In this document: positions 37,484 to 51,500 of the stretch, piece by piece | How positions within the stretch are numbered: the first letter of the stretch is position 1 | Layout of the letters: every line of letters begins with the position of its first letter | From: Octopus vulgaris | Lineage: Eukaryota | Assembly (NCBI GenBank): GCA_951406725.2 | Contig: OX597815.1 | Span: 17,670,001 to 17,734,000 of the forward strand | Length of the DNA stretch: 64,000 nt | Reading direction: 5' to 3' | The notes under the pieces: model-generated | What the model saw: the letters and a program-made list of their open reading frames with translations, nothing else | Told to the model about the DNA's origin: nothing | Databases searched by the model: none | Program-made: the position numbers and the translations under genes

Positions 37484-37799
37484 GAAATGGAGATAAGAAA
37501 GTTGATTGTTTCTTATTAATAAATTGGTCATCTTCACTGCTTACAGCTGTTTCAATTAATATTGAATAATTTAATTACAAATTTGTACATTAAAATTACA
37601 TTTATGTGACATGAGTATAATTTCATCAGAGGAAAAAAGATCTAGCTTTGGATGTTGTTATATGTGAGCTTATCAGTAGAGTAAATTCAACGTAAAAATT
37701 TGTAATTAAATTATTGAGTATTGATAGAAACAGCTGTAAGTTGTGACGATGACCAATTTGTTAATAATAAACAATTATTAACTTCCTTATCTCCATTTC
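37484..37799. mobile_element. (TA)n-adjacent inverted-repeat element with long-stem-II hammerhead motif (37540-37632, minus)
   Basis: Arms GAAATGGAGATAAG... / ...CTTATCTCCATTTC. Minus strand CTGATGA-AATTA...TAATT-GAAA-CAGCTG-TA-AG; a second GAAACAGCTGTAAG sits in the right arm. Confidence 0.65.
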
Positions 37800-37958
37800 C
37801 TTCTCTTTCTTTTAAATAGATATAAGCTATATGCTTTATATATACCAAGTGTTTTAAGGGAGTTTCATTCCCTCAAGATAGTAGATATTGAACCTGTATT
37901 TCCTTGGATGAAACCATCCCTTCACGAGGTTAACATATCATCTAATTAAATTTAATAC

Positions 37959-38031
<73 letters not shown>

Positions 38032-38286
38032 AGTAATAATAAAGGGTGAAATTAATTAATTTGGAATAATTATCAATTACACCAAGTAGATTTCGGCATG
38101 TAAAGCCCCATTCGAGGAAAATTTAAGTAATACTAAGTAATTAAGGGTTTAGCAACAATTGCCTCACCAACACCGAATTTAGAAATAGCAGTCAAAGAGA
38201 TATAGCTATTCCTTCTACTAAAAGGGGGATCTCAGTAAAGGGGGATCTCTATCTATCTATCGATAAACAGATACATATACATATAC

Positions 38287-38342
<56 letters not shown>

Positions 38343-38444
38343 GTTAATCCAAACAAGAAAACAAAAAGACAACAACGCAAGGATGTGGAACAAATAAAGT
38401 ATTATTGGACGCTCAGGAAAGAAGGGAAGAAGGATAATATGGAA

Positions 38445-39601
38445 AAATGCGAGCAAGAGAAATAATATTCTTGAGATTATAAACCTGGAAAAGTTCAGGA
38501 CAAGTTATTACATCTGGTAAAGTACAAAACAAGAAAAAATTTTATTTAAAATATTGCAGCTAAGGATATAATTTCAAATAAATATATTTAGATTTAGAAA
38601 ATATTAATTTTCATGAAAACTAAAAATTTTATTACAAGTTATTACTTCTATTTGTTATTACTTGTTACTTCTATTAAAAATTAAAAATAACGCAAAATAT
38701 ATTTTGCACTTTAAAAGAATTCATTGTTTTAATTATTAATTGATGATTCGAATTTTGAAAATAGGCCATAAAAAATAATAGTAGTACGTAATTAGTACGA
38801 TAAATAGATTAATATAAAAATTAGTTATATTGCTAACCAACCACATGGTTCCGAGTTCAGTCCCACTGCGTGGCATCTTGGGCAAGTGTCTTCTGCTATA
38901 GCCCCGGGCCGACCAATGCCTTGTGAGTGGATTTGGTAGACGGAAACTGAAAGAAGCCCGTCGTATATATGTGTATTTATATGTTTGTGTGTCTGTGTTT
39001 GTCTCTCTAGCATTGCTTTACAACTGATGCTGGTGTGTTTACGTCCCCGTTACTTAGCGGTTCGGCAAAAAGAGACCGATAGAATAAGTACTGGGCTTAC
39101 AAAGAATAAGTCCCGGGGTCGATTTGCTCGTCTAAAGGTGGTGCTCTAGCATGGCCGCAGTCAAATGACTGAAACAAGTAAAAGAGTAATTACAGTAAAT
39201 CTACCAGTAACAACAGATTCACTGTAAAATTTGCTTGAGTTATCGCCTAAGCTATTGCCAAGTCTTCACATTTTCAGTCTTGACCTAATGCCTATTTTTT
39301 ACATAATGAATTTGCCTACCATATATACTATGCTACTTTGCATTAAACTTCAGCTATATTGGTACTTCTGGCTCTCATTTTTTAAGTATTCTAGTGTGTC
39401 AATATTTTAACAAAATGATGGTACCGTTTTTAATTATATTGTTACTTTGTAAATTAAAATCAAATAATTTTTAATATTCAAATTTTATCCTTAACTGCAA
39501 TATTTTAAGTAAAAGTTTTCTTGTTCTGTACTTTACCAGATGTAATAAGTTGTCCTAAACTTTTCCAAGTTAAGAATATTATTGATCTTGCTCGCATTTT
39601 T
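38445..39601. repeat. Inverted ~130-bp arms (38445-38575 and 39481-39601) around a SINE
   Basis: AAAAATGCGAGCAAGA...TTATTACATCTGGTAAAGTACA matches the reverse complement of TGTACTTTACCAGATGTAATAA...TCTTGCTCGCATTTTT. Confidence 0.75.
38830..39188 (+). mobile_element. SINE family A
   Basis: Family consensus from the B box to the tail. Confidence 0.9.
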
Positions 39602-40856
39602 GCATATAATCCATGTTTTTTTCCAGGCTGTGCTAATTAATAATGTGTCAAATAGCGGTGTCATTGATAAATTTTTCCTTACTTCAATGATGCCGGTGAC
39701 GTATATTAAAAGTCCCCTTATAGAACTATCTTCATAAAAAAAAAAGTATAGAACTATACTATCACCCTCAAATTTGAGAAACAACACTCATAACTTTTTT
39801 CTTTTAAAACTTCATTGCATGAAATTCCTTGAATTGAGCTCTGTCATTTAAGCTTAATTAAAATATTTGTTTTTAAAATAAAAATGTTAATTATACTTAA
39901 ATTTAATTTTATGCCTTTCTTATATTACAAGTTTTTTTATACAAATTTTTCTTGCATGGGACAAAAACTATAAAATTCCTCATGCTTTCTTCCATCATTG
40001 AAAGCTAAGATAAACATATTTTGCTTTTAAAATAAAAATTTTTTTTTAAATTCTAAACATGATTGGTGGCGTTATTTACTCTCCTATAAAGTTACCTACA
40101 AATTTTGATGTAAACTTTTTCCTATTGGACCAAATCTCAATTTTTTTAATGCTAAAATGTAGCTCGGGACCAGTTCTCTTCAAAAATGTAAACAGTTTTC
40201 AATTTGGTTGGAAACTGAATTAGCAAAAAGCTCTGAAAGATGCTGCATGTGAGTAAATTGCGGCTTTATTCGATTACTGCTCAAGTTGAATGATATATTC
40301 CATTTCCAAGTACGTTATCTTTACCTTTTTGATGCGACTCGCTACAGTTTTCTTCCCCTATCCTTCTCTCATGCCCTTTTCTCCCCTCCCTCATTCACCG
40401 TTTTCAATCTCTCTCCCCTCTTCCTTCTTTTCTCTTTCTCTCTCTCTCTCGTCGCTCACACGTGGCCATCGTCCATCCTTCTTTTCCTCACGTGACCACC
40501 TTTCTTTTCCTGCAGAGACGTTCAAAAGACCAGACGTGTTTTTTTTTTCTCTCTCTCTCTGTTACCTATTCTCTTGTCAAAAGAATGTTTCTCACAGGTT
40601 TCCTTTCATGTGTCTACTGTCATGATCGCAACTTTGACCTGCCATAAATCCTAAATTTTATTTTAGAATTTATGGGAACAACTGTCTTTGAAGATGCATA
40701 TTGTCGTTGGCTGCTCGAAATGAGGAGTAGATAGACAGCCAACAACTGATGAAGAGTCCTTTTTCTGAGTTTACTTGTCCTGCTTTCCATTTGTTCTCGT
40801 TGTTTACGTATTTCATGTTATTTGCATGTTGGTGGTGTCCTGTACCCATATAAGTA

Positions 40857-40901
<45 letters not shown>

Positions 40902-40930
40902 TTATATACACATATATTATATACTATTTA

Positions 40931-40971
<41 letters not shown>

Positions 40972-41531
40972 CATATATATATATAATATTATTGTATATA
41001 TTCATTTATTACTTATTACTATTTACTATTATATACTATTTATTATATACTATTTACAATTTATTATTCTATATATATACATATATATATATTATTTACT
41101 ATTTATTTTATATACGTATATATATATATATATTTACATGCACACACCCATACATGTGTATATACATACATATCCGTATGTGCATGTGTACATAGATATA
41201 TTTATATACATACGCACAAACACATGTGTACATACATAAATACATACATTTATACGCAATGAACGCATGTATTTGGGGAAAGAGCCAATAATTAAAAGGC
41301 TACAATAGCGCCGTTATTATTCATACCGAGAAGTATGCCTCAATGTGAGAGAAGTCGCCTATGTACTTAATCTCTTTAAACTGTACATTCCATTCTATTG
41401 GAAGTTCAGCACCGACTTCTAAAAAGTGCGCCTGAAGATATTCAGGTATTATGATGTAACGAAGCTCCTGTATCTACCAAGCTGCTGAACGTTTACGGTA
41501 TACAAAAGAACTACGGTATACAAAAGAAACA

Positions 41532-41765
41532 AGGCGGCGAGCTGGCAGAAACGTTTGCACGCCGGGCGAAATGCGTAGCCGTATTTCGTCTGTCGTTACG
41601 CTTGTGAGTTCAAATTCCGCCGAGGTCGACTTTGCCTTTCATCCTTTCGGGGTCGATAAATTAAGTACCAGTTACGCACTGGGGTCGATGGAATCGACTT
41701 AATCCCTTTGTCTGTCCTTGTTTTTTCCCATCTATGTTTAGCCCCTTGTGGGTAATAAATAAATA
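41532..41765 (+). mobile_element. SINE family B, CpG-intact
   Basis: GGCGGCGAGCTGGCAGAAACG...GTCGACTTTGCCTTTCATCCTTTCGGGGTCGATAAATTAAGTACC. Confidence 0.92.
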
Positions 41766-42649
41766 GGTATACAAAAGAACTTACACGTCTCTTGGAAAGG
41801 GACAACGGAAAGAGCAATCGCTGGAGGTACATTACCGAATATATTAAAACAAATGCTGGCATAAAACAAACACTTTGCATGAGAAGAATGACAATGTAAT
41901 TTTGATAATCGATAATTTATTAACACGGCGTACAGGAGCGAACAAACAGGCTCAGAAATCACTGACTTAGACTTTAGTCCATTAGTGAAAATTATTACCG
42001 TATGCAATGCATACCTTTGAGATAATGTGTGTATATATATATCAATATATATATATACATATACACACACACATATATATATGTATACACACATGTATAT
42101 ATATACATATATGCACACATATATATGTATATACACATATTTATATACACATTTATGTACACATATGTATACATATATATATATACATATATATATATAC
42201 ATATATATATACAAATATACATACACAAATAAGTACACATGCATGAACACATATGTATACATATGTATATACACACATGTACACATACATATATGTAGAC
42301 ATATATATATATATACATACATAGATGAATATACAGACATATATATATACATACTTATATACATATATACTTATATAGGTATATATATATATACATATAT
42401 ATACTTAAACATATATTTACACATATATAAATATATATATATACACATATGCATATATATATGCATATGTATATATACATACATATACACATATACATAT
42501 ATATTTATATATATATACACATATACATATATATTTATACATATATACACATACATACATATATATATATATATAAATATATATACATGCACATACATAT
42601 ACAAACATATATATATATATATATAAGTTATATAACTTAGAATAACTTA

Positions 42650-42975
42650 GAAAGGTTTTTGGCCAGTATTGGCCCAGGCCATGTCTAACTTAATAGCACC
42701 ACCTGGCGAAGTCTTTCAGTTCAGGATTTGGGATGTAGCGTTCACGGCGTCGTTGGAGTGAATACAATTTCAGCTTCTCTAGTCTACCCCAGTAGTCAAG
42801 GTCTGACATGCCATCTATCTTTTTTGTGATTGACCTTTGGGGGAGCTTCAATTCTCATAATATTTTGTTTTGTGTAGGGAGACCACAGTGGACAGCAGTA
42901 TTCAAGGTGGGGTCGGGCAAAAGTGGAGAAGAGAAGGATAATAGCGTCCACGCCATTGATGACCTTCTGGAGCTT
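42650..42975 (-). mobile_element. CR1/Jockey-group LINE fragment
   Basis: [34 protein letters not shown] motif. Confidence 0.8.
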
Positions 42976-43072
42976 ATCATTTATATGGTGTCAGTAATAT
43001 ATATATATATAACACATATATGTACATATACATATATACATATAAGTAAATATATATATATATACATATATT

Positions 43073-43136
<64 letters not shown>

Positions 43137-43474
43137 TAGGTATACATATACATATAGATACATATACATATATGTTGAGTACCATATAAATATAGGTACA
43201 ATGCAGTTATAAAGATAAATTAAATAGATACTATTAGCAATCCAATTTATTTATATCATATTATATGATACACTATGAATATCATATAACATAATATCAT
43301 ATAACATAAACAATTATTAAAAAACGTAAAAGGCCGGGAAGTTGTTTCGACTTATAAATATTTTTTTTCTGATAAACATACATAAGATTACCTGTATGTA
43401 TAAATTACTTCAGGATCATAGTGTCATAGTGTAAAGATAGGCGAAATTCCGGCTGCATTGTAAAATATATTTAC

Positions 43475-43520
<46 letters not shown>

Positions 43521-43567
43521 CATATATATATATACATATACATATATATATATATATGTACACACAC

Positions 43568-43599
<32 letters not shown>

Positions 43600-43691
43600 A
43601 TATATATGTACACACATATGTATATATATGTATACACACACATATATATAGAGAGAGACATACTATATGTCTATAGATTTGTGTGTGTATA

Positions 43692-43731
<40 letters not shown>

Positions 43732-43899
43732 TATATACGTATATACATATATGTATATGTATATATATGTGTGTGTGTGTATATATAAATATATATATAT
43801 GTGTATATATATATATGTATAAACATATGTATACATGTATATATATATATATATGTGTGTGTATATATGTATATACATAAACCCGATAGAATTACCTAA

Positions 43900-44985
43900 A
43901 TCCTTTTAAAGTCAAGTTTTGTGGTATTATGGTCCATTCAAGTAATGAGTTCTTGTTGAGTCAGTTGTATTCAGGCACGTGTGGCTTGTCTGGTATTCCT
44001 TGTAGAAATCTGTCCAGACTCTGTTTGAAGGTGATGGGATCCTTTTCCTCTTTGATCAGTTTTGGAACAATGTTAAACAGGGTAGGGCCTGTTGAGGTAA
44101 AGAAATTGTGCCGCAGTGTTCCTATATGTTGTGATCCTGAAATGGGTAGGGGACGTGTGGCCCGTGGTCCCAACCTTGGGTGAACGTGGAAGCTAATGTT
44201 CAGGTCGTTTGGGCAATGCTGGCGGTATATTCTCCACATCGTGCAAATGATGTACCGCTCGTGGCGGTGCTGGAGAGAGTAGAGTTTCAAGGCTTTAAGG
44301 CGGTCCCAAAAATCGAGATCAGTCATGCCCTTAATTCGCTTAGTGAATGCCCTCTGGAGTGATTATCGAGATGTTTTGTTTTGTATGGAGAAACCACAGG
44401 TTGCATCATTATTTGAGGTGTGGCCGTACAAAGGAGGAGAAATGTGAAATGGTGACACCTTGTTTTCACGACAGGGAGGTTCTTAAGATCCAGGAGCTCA
44501 TCCTACGAGCTATATCGACCTTATTGTTGATGTGGGCACTCCAACCGAGATAGTTCTCAACAATTAATCCTAGGTCTCTGATATTATTAGATGCTGTGAG
44601 CGGTTCCCCTGAAGGAAGAGAATACAGCTGTTTTAGTATAGTCTTCCTTCCAAAATGTATCAGCTCAAATTTTCACTTTGCAGTGTTTTACGACGCTGGA
44701 AAGGTCGTTTATGTAGATTATAAAGAAGAGCGAGCTCAAGACAGTCCCCTGAGGGACACCACTGGTGACTTTTGCTGGGCTTGAGTACACTCCATCGACA
44801 AAATGATGTGTTCTATTCGCCAGGGAATATTCAATCGGGTGTAGATGTTTTCCACAGATTTCAACATATGCCAATTTTGGGAGTAAGATATTATGGTCAA
44901 CACTGTCGAACGCTTTACTGAAGCGATATATGACATCAGATTTCGAACTTGTTCCTGAGGCTTTAAGTATTTCCTCAATGTGGTG
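43900..44985 (-). mobile_element. CR1/Jockey-group LINE ORF2 remnant (RT core plus C-terminus)
   Basis: [31 protein letters not shown], then LDFWDRLKALKLYSLQHRHERY...GPTLFNIVP...FKQSLDRFL; internal deletion and frameshifts. Confidence 0.92.
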
Positions 44986-45038
44986 CATATATATGCATAC
45001 ACATATATGTATATATATACATACATACACACACACAC

Positions 45039-45074
<36 letters not shown>

Positions 45075-45481
45075 GCAATATATATAAATGCATATATATG
45101 TATACACACATGTATATATATACGTATATATACATACATATATATGCATATATACGTATACATATGTATATAAATGTATGTATACACATATCTGTATATA
45201 CATATATATGTATACACATATGTATATATATATGCATATAGACGTACACACATATATGTATTATATATATATATATACACATATATATGTATACAGATAT
45301 ATGCACATATATATATGTATACAGATATATGCATATATATATATATATGTATACACATGTATATATATATATATATATATATATACATACATATATATAT
45401 ATGCATATATATATATATATATACATACATATATGTATGCATATATATATATATGTATACATATATATGTATACACATACG

Positions 45482-45513
<32 letters not shown>

Positions 45514-46692
45514 TATAACCATATATGTGTATACATATATGCATATATATGTATATACATGTATATATATGCATATGTGTGTGTTTGTTTGTGGCGTTGT
45601 TAGCTAGCTCCTTCTACATAGTTTTATTGATTTTCATAAAACTTGACACGTGAGTAGAAATCATGTCTGGAAATCCCGTGGCATACTTAGATTGTTGAAA
45701 AATCGATAATAGGTCCCTGGAAGGGATCTTTATATCTAACTAATATTTTCTTAAAAAACACCCAAGGGAAATAACCCATACCACCTGCACAATATTTTGT
45801 TTTAAACACTCAAGGGAAATAACCCATTGCAATTGCATGTTTATTCCAATTCAATAAGTTTGTCCCAGTACAATGAACTCATACTTTGAATGCTTAAAAT
45901 TTTTTAAAAAATGAAACCTAGCTTCCATACCACATTGACTTGCGACAACCTATTTCAATTATACCTATTTTAGAAATAATAATATTTACTGCTTACTTAC
46001 AGTTCATACAACATTTTGATGAACGCCTATTCTAATTCATTATCTAAACTGTTATATACATATTGCTGTAATTAATTTACACATTGCATTAATACACACT
46101 TTTGCAACATCTCCAAATAACTAAATTCTGGCAATGCATACAGGGTTTTCAATTCAATTTCATTATACTTCGCATACCCATAACTCCGATAATTCTGCAT
46201 TTTTCCAGTTAGAATTTTTCGATGATAGAAGATAATTTTTTGATTCCAGAACTTATTGAATAAGTGTGTTCCAATACAATGATCTCATACTTTGAATGAT
46301 TAAAATTATTAAAAGATGAAAAACTTCCATACCACATACAGTTATTTACTTTGAATTGATATTATCTCATATGTAATTAACCTGTTATTATGTAAAATGC
46401 CTCACGATTTTCCTCTACATACTTTATTAGTATTTCCTTCTGAGTTCTCTGGGAACACATTAAAGCCCTTTCCAGAGCTACTTATTTGAGTTCTTACTAT
46501 CAGTTAACTAATTTCATGTTATTACTGACTTTGTAATTTGGGTATCTATAACTTATTGGGAATTTCTAAAAATAAGATCCTGTGTAACACAGGTATTCTC
46601 TGTAAATGCACAAAAACCGTCTTAGGTCTACATACTTTGTATTGTTGTTATTGGATTAGCGAAACGATTATGATTTTATTTCCTTCTCCTAT

Positions 46693-46727
46693 ATTTCCGA
46701 CGAAGAGATCCGCTCGAAACGTTAAAT
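46693..46727 (+). ncRNA. Minimal hammerhead-like motif, family 3 (element ~46680-46820 ending in (TA)n)
   Basis: ATTT-CCGACGA-A GAG ATCCG CTC-GAAA-CG-TT-AAAT; the tail is shared with 31098-31188 and 38341-38425. Confidence 0.6.
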
Positions 46728-46816
46728 CCTCCTTCTTTCCTGAGCGTCCAATAATACTATATTTGTTTCACGTCCTCGCGTTGTTGTGTTTTTTTTGTGC
46801 TTTCTTGTTAGGATTA

Positions 46817-46860
<44 letters not shown>

Positions 46861-46942
46861 CATGTATACATATGTATACAAACATATAGACACATATATA
46901 TACATAGATGTATATACACATATACATACGTATATATATATG

Positions 46943-46976
<34 letters not shown>

Positions 46977-47083
46977 CATATACACACATATATATATATA
47001 CATATATTCATATAAATATATCCATACATACATACATACATATATATATACATAAATATGTGTGTGTATATATATATATATGT

Positions 47084-47130
<47 letters not shown>

Positions 47131-47659
47131 CAACAATGACCTAAGAGAAAGAAACTCAGTTGGCCAGTGGTATGTAGTTGACCACACAAACTCTTAATTC
47201 ATCAAATCTTTATCCGTCACTAGATGATGTGCTATAATTACCAAATAGCCGCACTTGACACAGAAATGGCATATATTCTCTCATTTCAAGAAGAGAGTGG
47301 GCGGGAGAGAAAGAGGAGTAGATAATATTGTAGAATCAACAATAGATCAGTGCTCAATTATCTTCAGTGTGTTTAATGAAATCAAATTCCTTTCATGATG
47401 TTGGCAGTATGCGATCTAGACAGAAAGATAACGTATGTCATGATATTTAGAATAACCTGATGTTGTTAAAGGCGTTCACATGAGTTATTGTACGATAATA
47501 TCTATTGTAGACATTAGTAAAACAGCGTGGTATACACTCTGATGCAGAGATAGGATTTATAACGACAGAGAGCGGCAGAGTGGTGACAAAAATAATCCGA
47601 AGTTTTAAAACCAGATATAGACAGCATTTCTTTTAACGGGAATTTTTTGTAACATACAT

Positions 47660-47882
47660 TACTCTTTTACTTGTTTCAGTCATTTGACTGCGGCCATGTT
47701 GGAGCACCGCCTTTAGTCGAGCAAATCGACCCCGGGACTTATTCTTTGTAAGCCCAGTACAGTACTTATTCTATCGGTCTCTTTTGCCGAACCGCTAAGT
47801 GACGGGGACGTAAACACACCAGCATCGGTTGTCAAGCAATGCTAGGGGAACAAACACAGACACACAAACATCTACACACACA

Positions 47883-47930
<48 letters not shown>

Positions 47931-48083
47931 CGACGGGCTTCTTTCAGTTTCCGTCTACCAAATCCACTCACAAGGCATTGGTCGGCCCGGGGCTATAGCA
48001 GAAGACACTTGCCCAAGATGCCACGCAGTGGACTGAACCCGGAACCATGTGGTTGGTAAGCAAGCTACTTACCACACAGCCAC
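47660..48083 (-). mobile_element. SINE family A
   Basis: Full family consensus; head-to-head with 48314-48710. Confidence 0.92.
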
Positions 48084-48313
48084 TCCAACGAAAACGAAAT
48101 CTTAGTACGAGGAGCCATAGCAGAAATATTTGTAATGATGATCATGATGATGATGTGATCATAATCACGACCATGATGGGAATTCTGGTGGTTGAAGATA
48201 ATGCCAAAGAGAATGATCTGACAAAGAATATGCGAGTTATTGTTGTGGTTAGCATATGAAAGGAAATATTTCGCACAGTTAAATATTTCGGTTTGATATT
48301 ACTGATATGTAGA

Positions 48314-48710
48314 TAGGAGTGGCTGTGTGGTAAGTAGCTTGCTTACCAACCACATAGTTCCGGGTTCAGTACCACTGCGTGACACCTTGGGCAAGTGTCT
48401 TCTGCTATAGCCTCGGGCCGACCAAAGCCTTGTGAGTGGATTTGGTAGACGGAAATTGAAAGAAGCCCGTCGTATATATGTATATATATGTATGTGTGTG
48501 TATATGTTTGTGTGTCTGTTCCCCCCCCCCCAACATCGCTTGACAACCGATGCTGGTGTGTTTACGTTCCGTAACTTAGCAGTTCGGCAAAAGAGACCGA
48601 TAGAATAAGTACTAGGCTTACAAAGAATAAGTCCTGGGGTCGATTTGCTCGACTAAAGGCGGTGCTCCAGCATGGCCACAGTCAAATGACTGAAACAAGT
48701 AAAAGAGTAA
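48314..48710 (+). mobile_element. SINE family A
   Basis: Full family consensus. Confidence 0.92.
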
Positions 48711-49472
48711 ACCGCAAATTAACAAACTTATTTAGTTATACGAGATTAGAGACCGCTGTTTGCTTACACCTCAGTACAATGTGTCTGAAAGCCACATGGG
48801 CTGAATGTACAAGACGTTAAACAACGAATTGAAAGGTCGGCATTTGAAAACGTTGAGTTTACGTAGCATGTGACTATGTCACTAAAACTGAATGATCCAG
48901 TTCATTTAAACAGTAGATACAGCATCAAGGTACAAGATCACAAATGTAATTTTCACAAGCATTGTGACATTCAACAATGCTCCACTAACGCGCAGTACTG
49001 CGTTCAACTTGTTTCATAGGTATATAAGTTCGCAGAATGTACTTGACTAGGCTGATTTGCCCCGTTGAGCACACTGCGTGCAGAGAAAACTCTCAGTGGC
49101 CTTCCAACAATGCAATGGTTATTAATATAGATTATATAGCAGCAGTACTAAATAACGGACTACACAATATCGTGTGTTAGCATAATCAATTAATCAGGTA
49201 CATATATAATCAAAGTTCATATTCACTGAATCATGAGAGCTACAACAAAGACCAACCAATGCATACTTTACATGTAATAACTTACTCCGAAAATAAAGAC
49301 TTGCAAATGTATGTTTACAATATAGTATTGGCAGTCACCAGGTAACATTATAAGAGCTGTAAAAAATACATGGTTGCAGAACAGTGATGATAAATCTTTG
49401 CTTATTACTGTTGTAATAGTAGTGGTAAACGAAAGTGAAAGTAGAAGAGTAATACATTCTAGACATACATTC

Positions 49473-49526
<54 letters not shown>

Positions 49527-49597
49527 ATATATATATGTATATATGTATATATATATATATATGTATATATGTATATATATATATATATGTATATATG

Positions 49598-49632
<35 letters not shown>

Positions 49633-49737
49633 GTATGTATATATGTATATATGTATATATATATGTATATATATATGTATATATGTATATATATATGTAT
49701 ATATATATGTATATATGTATATATATATGTATATATG

Positions 49738-49770
<33 letters not shown>

Positions 49771-49775
49771 GTATG

Positions 49776-49864
<89 letters not shown>

Positions 49865-50052
49865 ATATATATGTTTGTATATATATATGTGTGTATGTAT
49901 ATATGTGTGTATGTATATATGTATGTATATATATATGTATGTATATATATATGTATGTATATATATATGTATGTATATATATATGTATGTATATATATAT
50001 GTATGTATATATATATGTAATATATGTATATATATATATGTGTATGTATATA

Positions 50053-50107
<55 letters not shown>

Positions 50108-50116
50108 ATATATATA
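49473..50116. repeat. Degenerate (TA)n/(TATG)n array (similar arrays at 21070-21470, 42030-42625, 43477-43878, 44986-45575, 46821-47127)
   Basis: Low-complexity dinucleotide mosaic. Confidence 0.97.
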
Positions 50117-50194
50117 GCAGTTGCCATGATAGATTGTTAGCCACTACACACATGTTTTCTCTCCTTCTTTCTCTCCTTGTTTTTTTCTGAGTCC

Positions 50195-50230
50195 CTTTCT
50201 GTAGAAGAGCGTAGGCTCGAAACGTAAAAG
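50195..50230 (+). ncRNA. Minimal hammerhead-like motif, family 4 (CUGUAGA core)
   Basis: CTTT-CTGTAGA-A GAGC GTAG GCTC-GAAA-CG-TA-AAAG, then a ~90-nt tail to (TA)n; the tail recurs at 62812-62875. Confidence 0.6.
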
Positions 50231-50318
50231 ACTTTTTCTATTCCTGAGCGTTATACTAATACATCTGTTTGTTTTGTACATCACCTGTCTTCGTCTTTTG
50301 TTTGTTTTCATAAACTCT

Positions 50319-50364
<46 letters not shown>

Positions 50365-51106
50365 TAAAAAAAAAGCGTGGTTGCGTTAAATTTAATGAAA
50401 AAGTAAATAGCTGTTAAATTTGGGTTAACAGCTTAATAGTGATAAATAAAAAATAAAAACGTCGTGTGATAAATGTGTCAGTGGAATGGTGATAAAACGA
50501 TGAAGCTAATAGTAGAGAGATGATAAAGAGAAAAATTTCTGTTACGACTCGTACACTGTAACAAATTTCCATGTATTTTATAACTATTTCAATTTTAAAA
50601 TTTAGGCAGATCTCTCTTTTAAATTAAGCGAAGTTAGACACATTGTAAACAGGAAATAAAAAAATATATATATTTAAACATCAACATCTAAAGACACGAC
50701 CTTCTCTTTTGTTTTTGCCGACATAATAATTGGAATATACCATGGAAACTTGTACTTAATGTGACACAGAAGTCAATGGTTAAATTCAATCAATAAAATA
50801 AGAGAAAGCATGAAAATAAAATAGATGTCAAACGATCAAACAATATAAAATGGAATATATTTGTCTAGTATGAGATTAAAAAACAAACATAATAAAAACG
50901 TTCGAAGGTGGCTAAACCCTCGCTGATAATAAGCTCTTAGAGAATTTTGATTTTTCCCTCTTCTCAGTAGTTTTCAAAGATAACTTCAAAACAAAAAATA
51001 AAAAAAACAATATAAAAAGACAGAAGAAAAAAACAATAAAAGTAGGCTACTTGTCCAACGTCACTTTCCAACTACCATTAATATTATTATTATTATTAAG
51101 GTAATT

Positions 51107-51500
51107 CATATATATATATAAAGCTGGAGTTGTCTGTGTATGGCAGGTTTGGTAGCCTTCAACTAACACTATCTCTTCCGAGACCCTGCAGCACAAGTTG
51201 ACCAAAATTGAGAGTATGATAGAAGAAGGCTTGCTCTTCCTTTCCGTAGAAGAAAAAAATTCTAATCAGACCATGTTAACACCAACAATTATTAACATCA
51301 AAAAGGTGCTTTTTTTTCTATGAAAAATCACTATTTTCTACGATTTTTTTGACTGCTGTGTCGGTATTTTTCGGTGTATTTCAACCAGAAAAATGTTCAC
51401 TTCAAGAGAATAACAAGCTACATAATGCAAAATTTTTACTTTTCAACAATTCCAATTCTAAAGGGTCGAAACAAACCCGAGCAACGTCGGGCGATACTGC
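51107..51500 (+). mobile_element. Non-autonomous Helitron (terminal TAG missing)
   Basis: TC-(AT)n-AAAGCTGGAG start; 3' CCCGAGCAACGTCGGGCGATACTGC; same family as 55478-55876. Confidence 0.8.

Noticed and set aside
40682-40755. TTGAAGA...CTCGAAA...GTA and CTGATGA near (TA)n; similar traces at 43335-43416 and 26235-26258
   Set aside because: Stems II and III cannot be formed convincingly; these are possible relics only.
21050-50190. Many long Y/I/C/M/H/T-rich ORFs
   Set aside because: They are translations of (TA)n, (CA)n and (CATA)n microsatellites.
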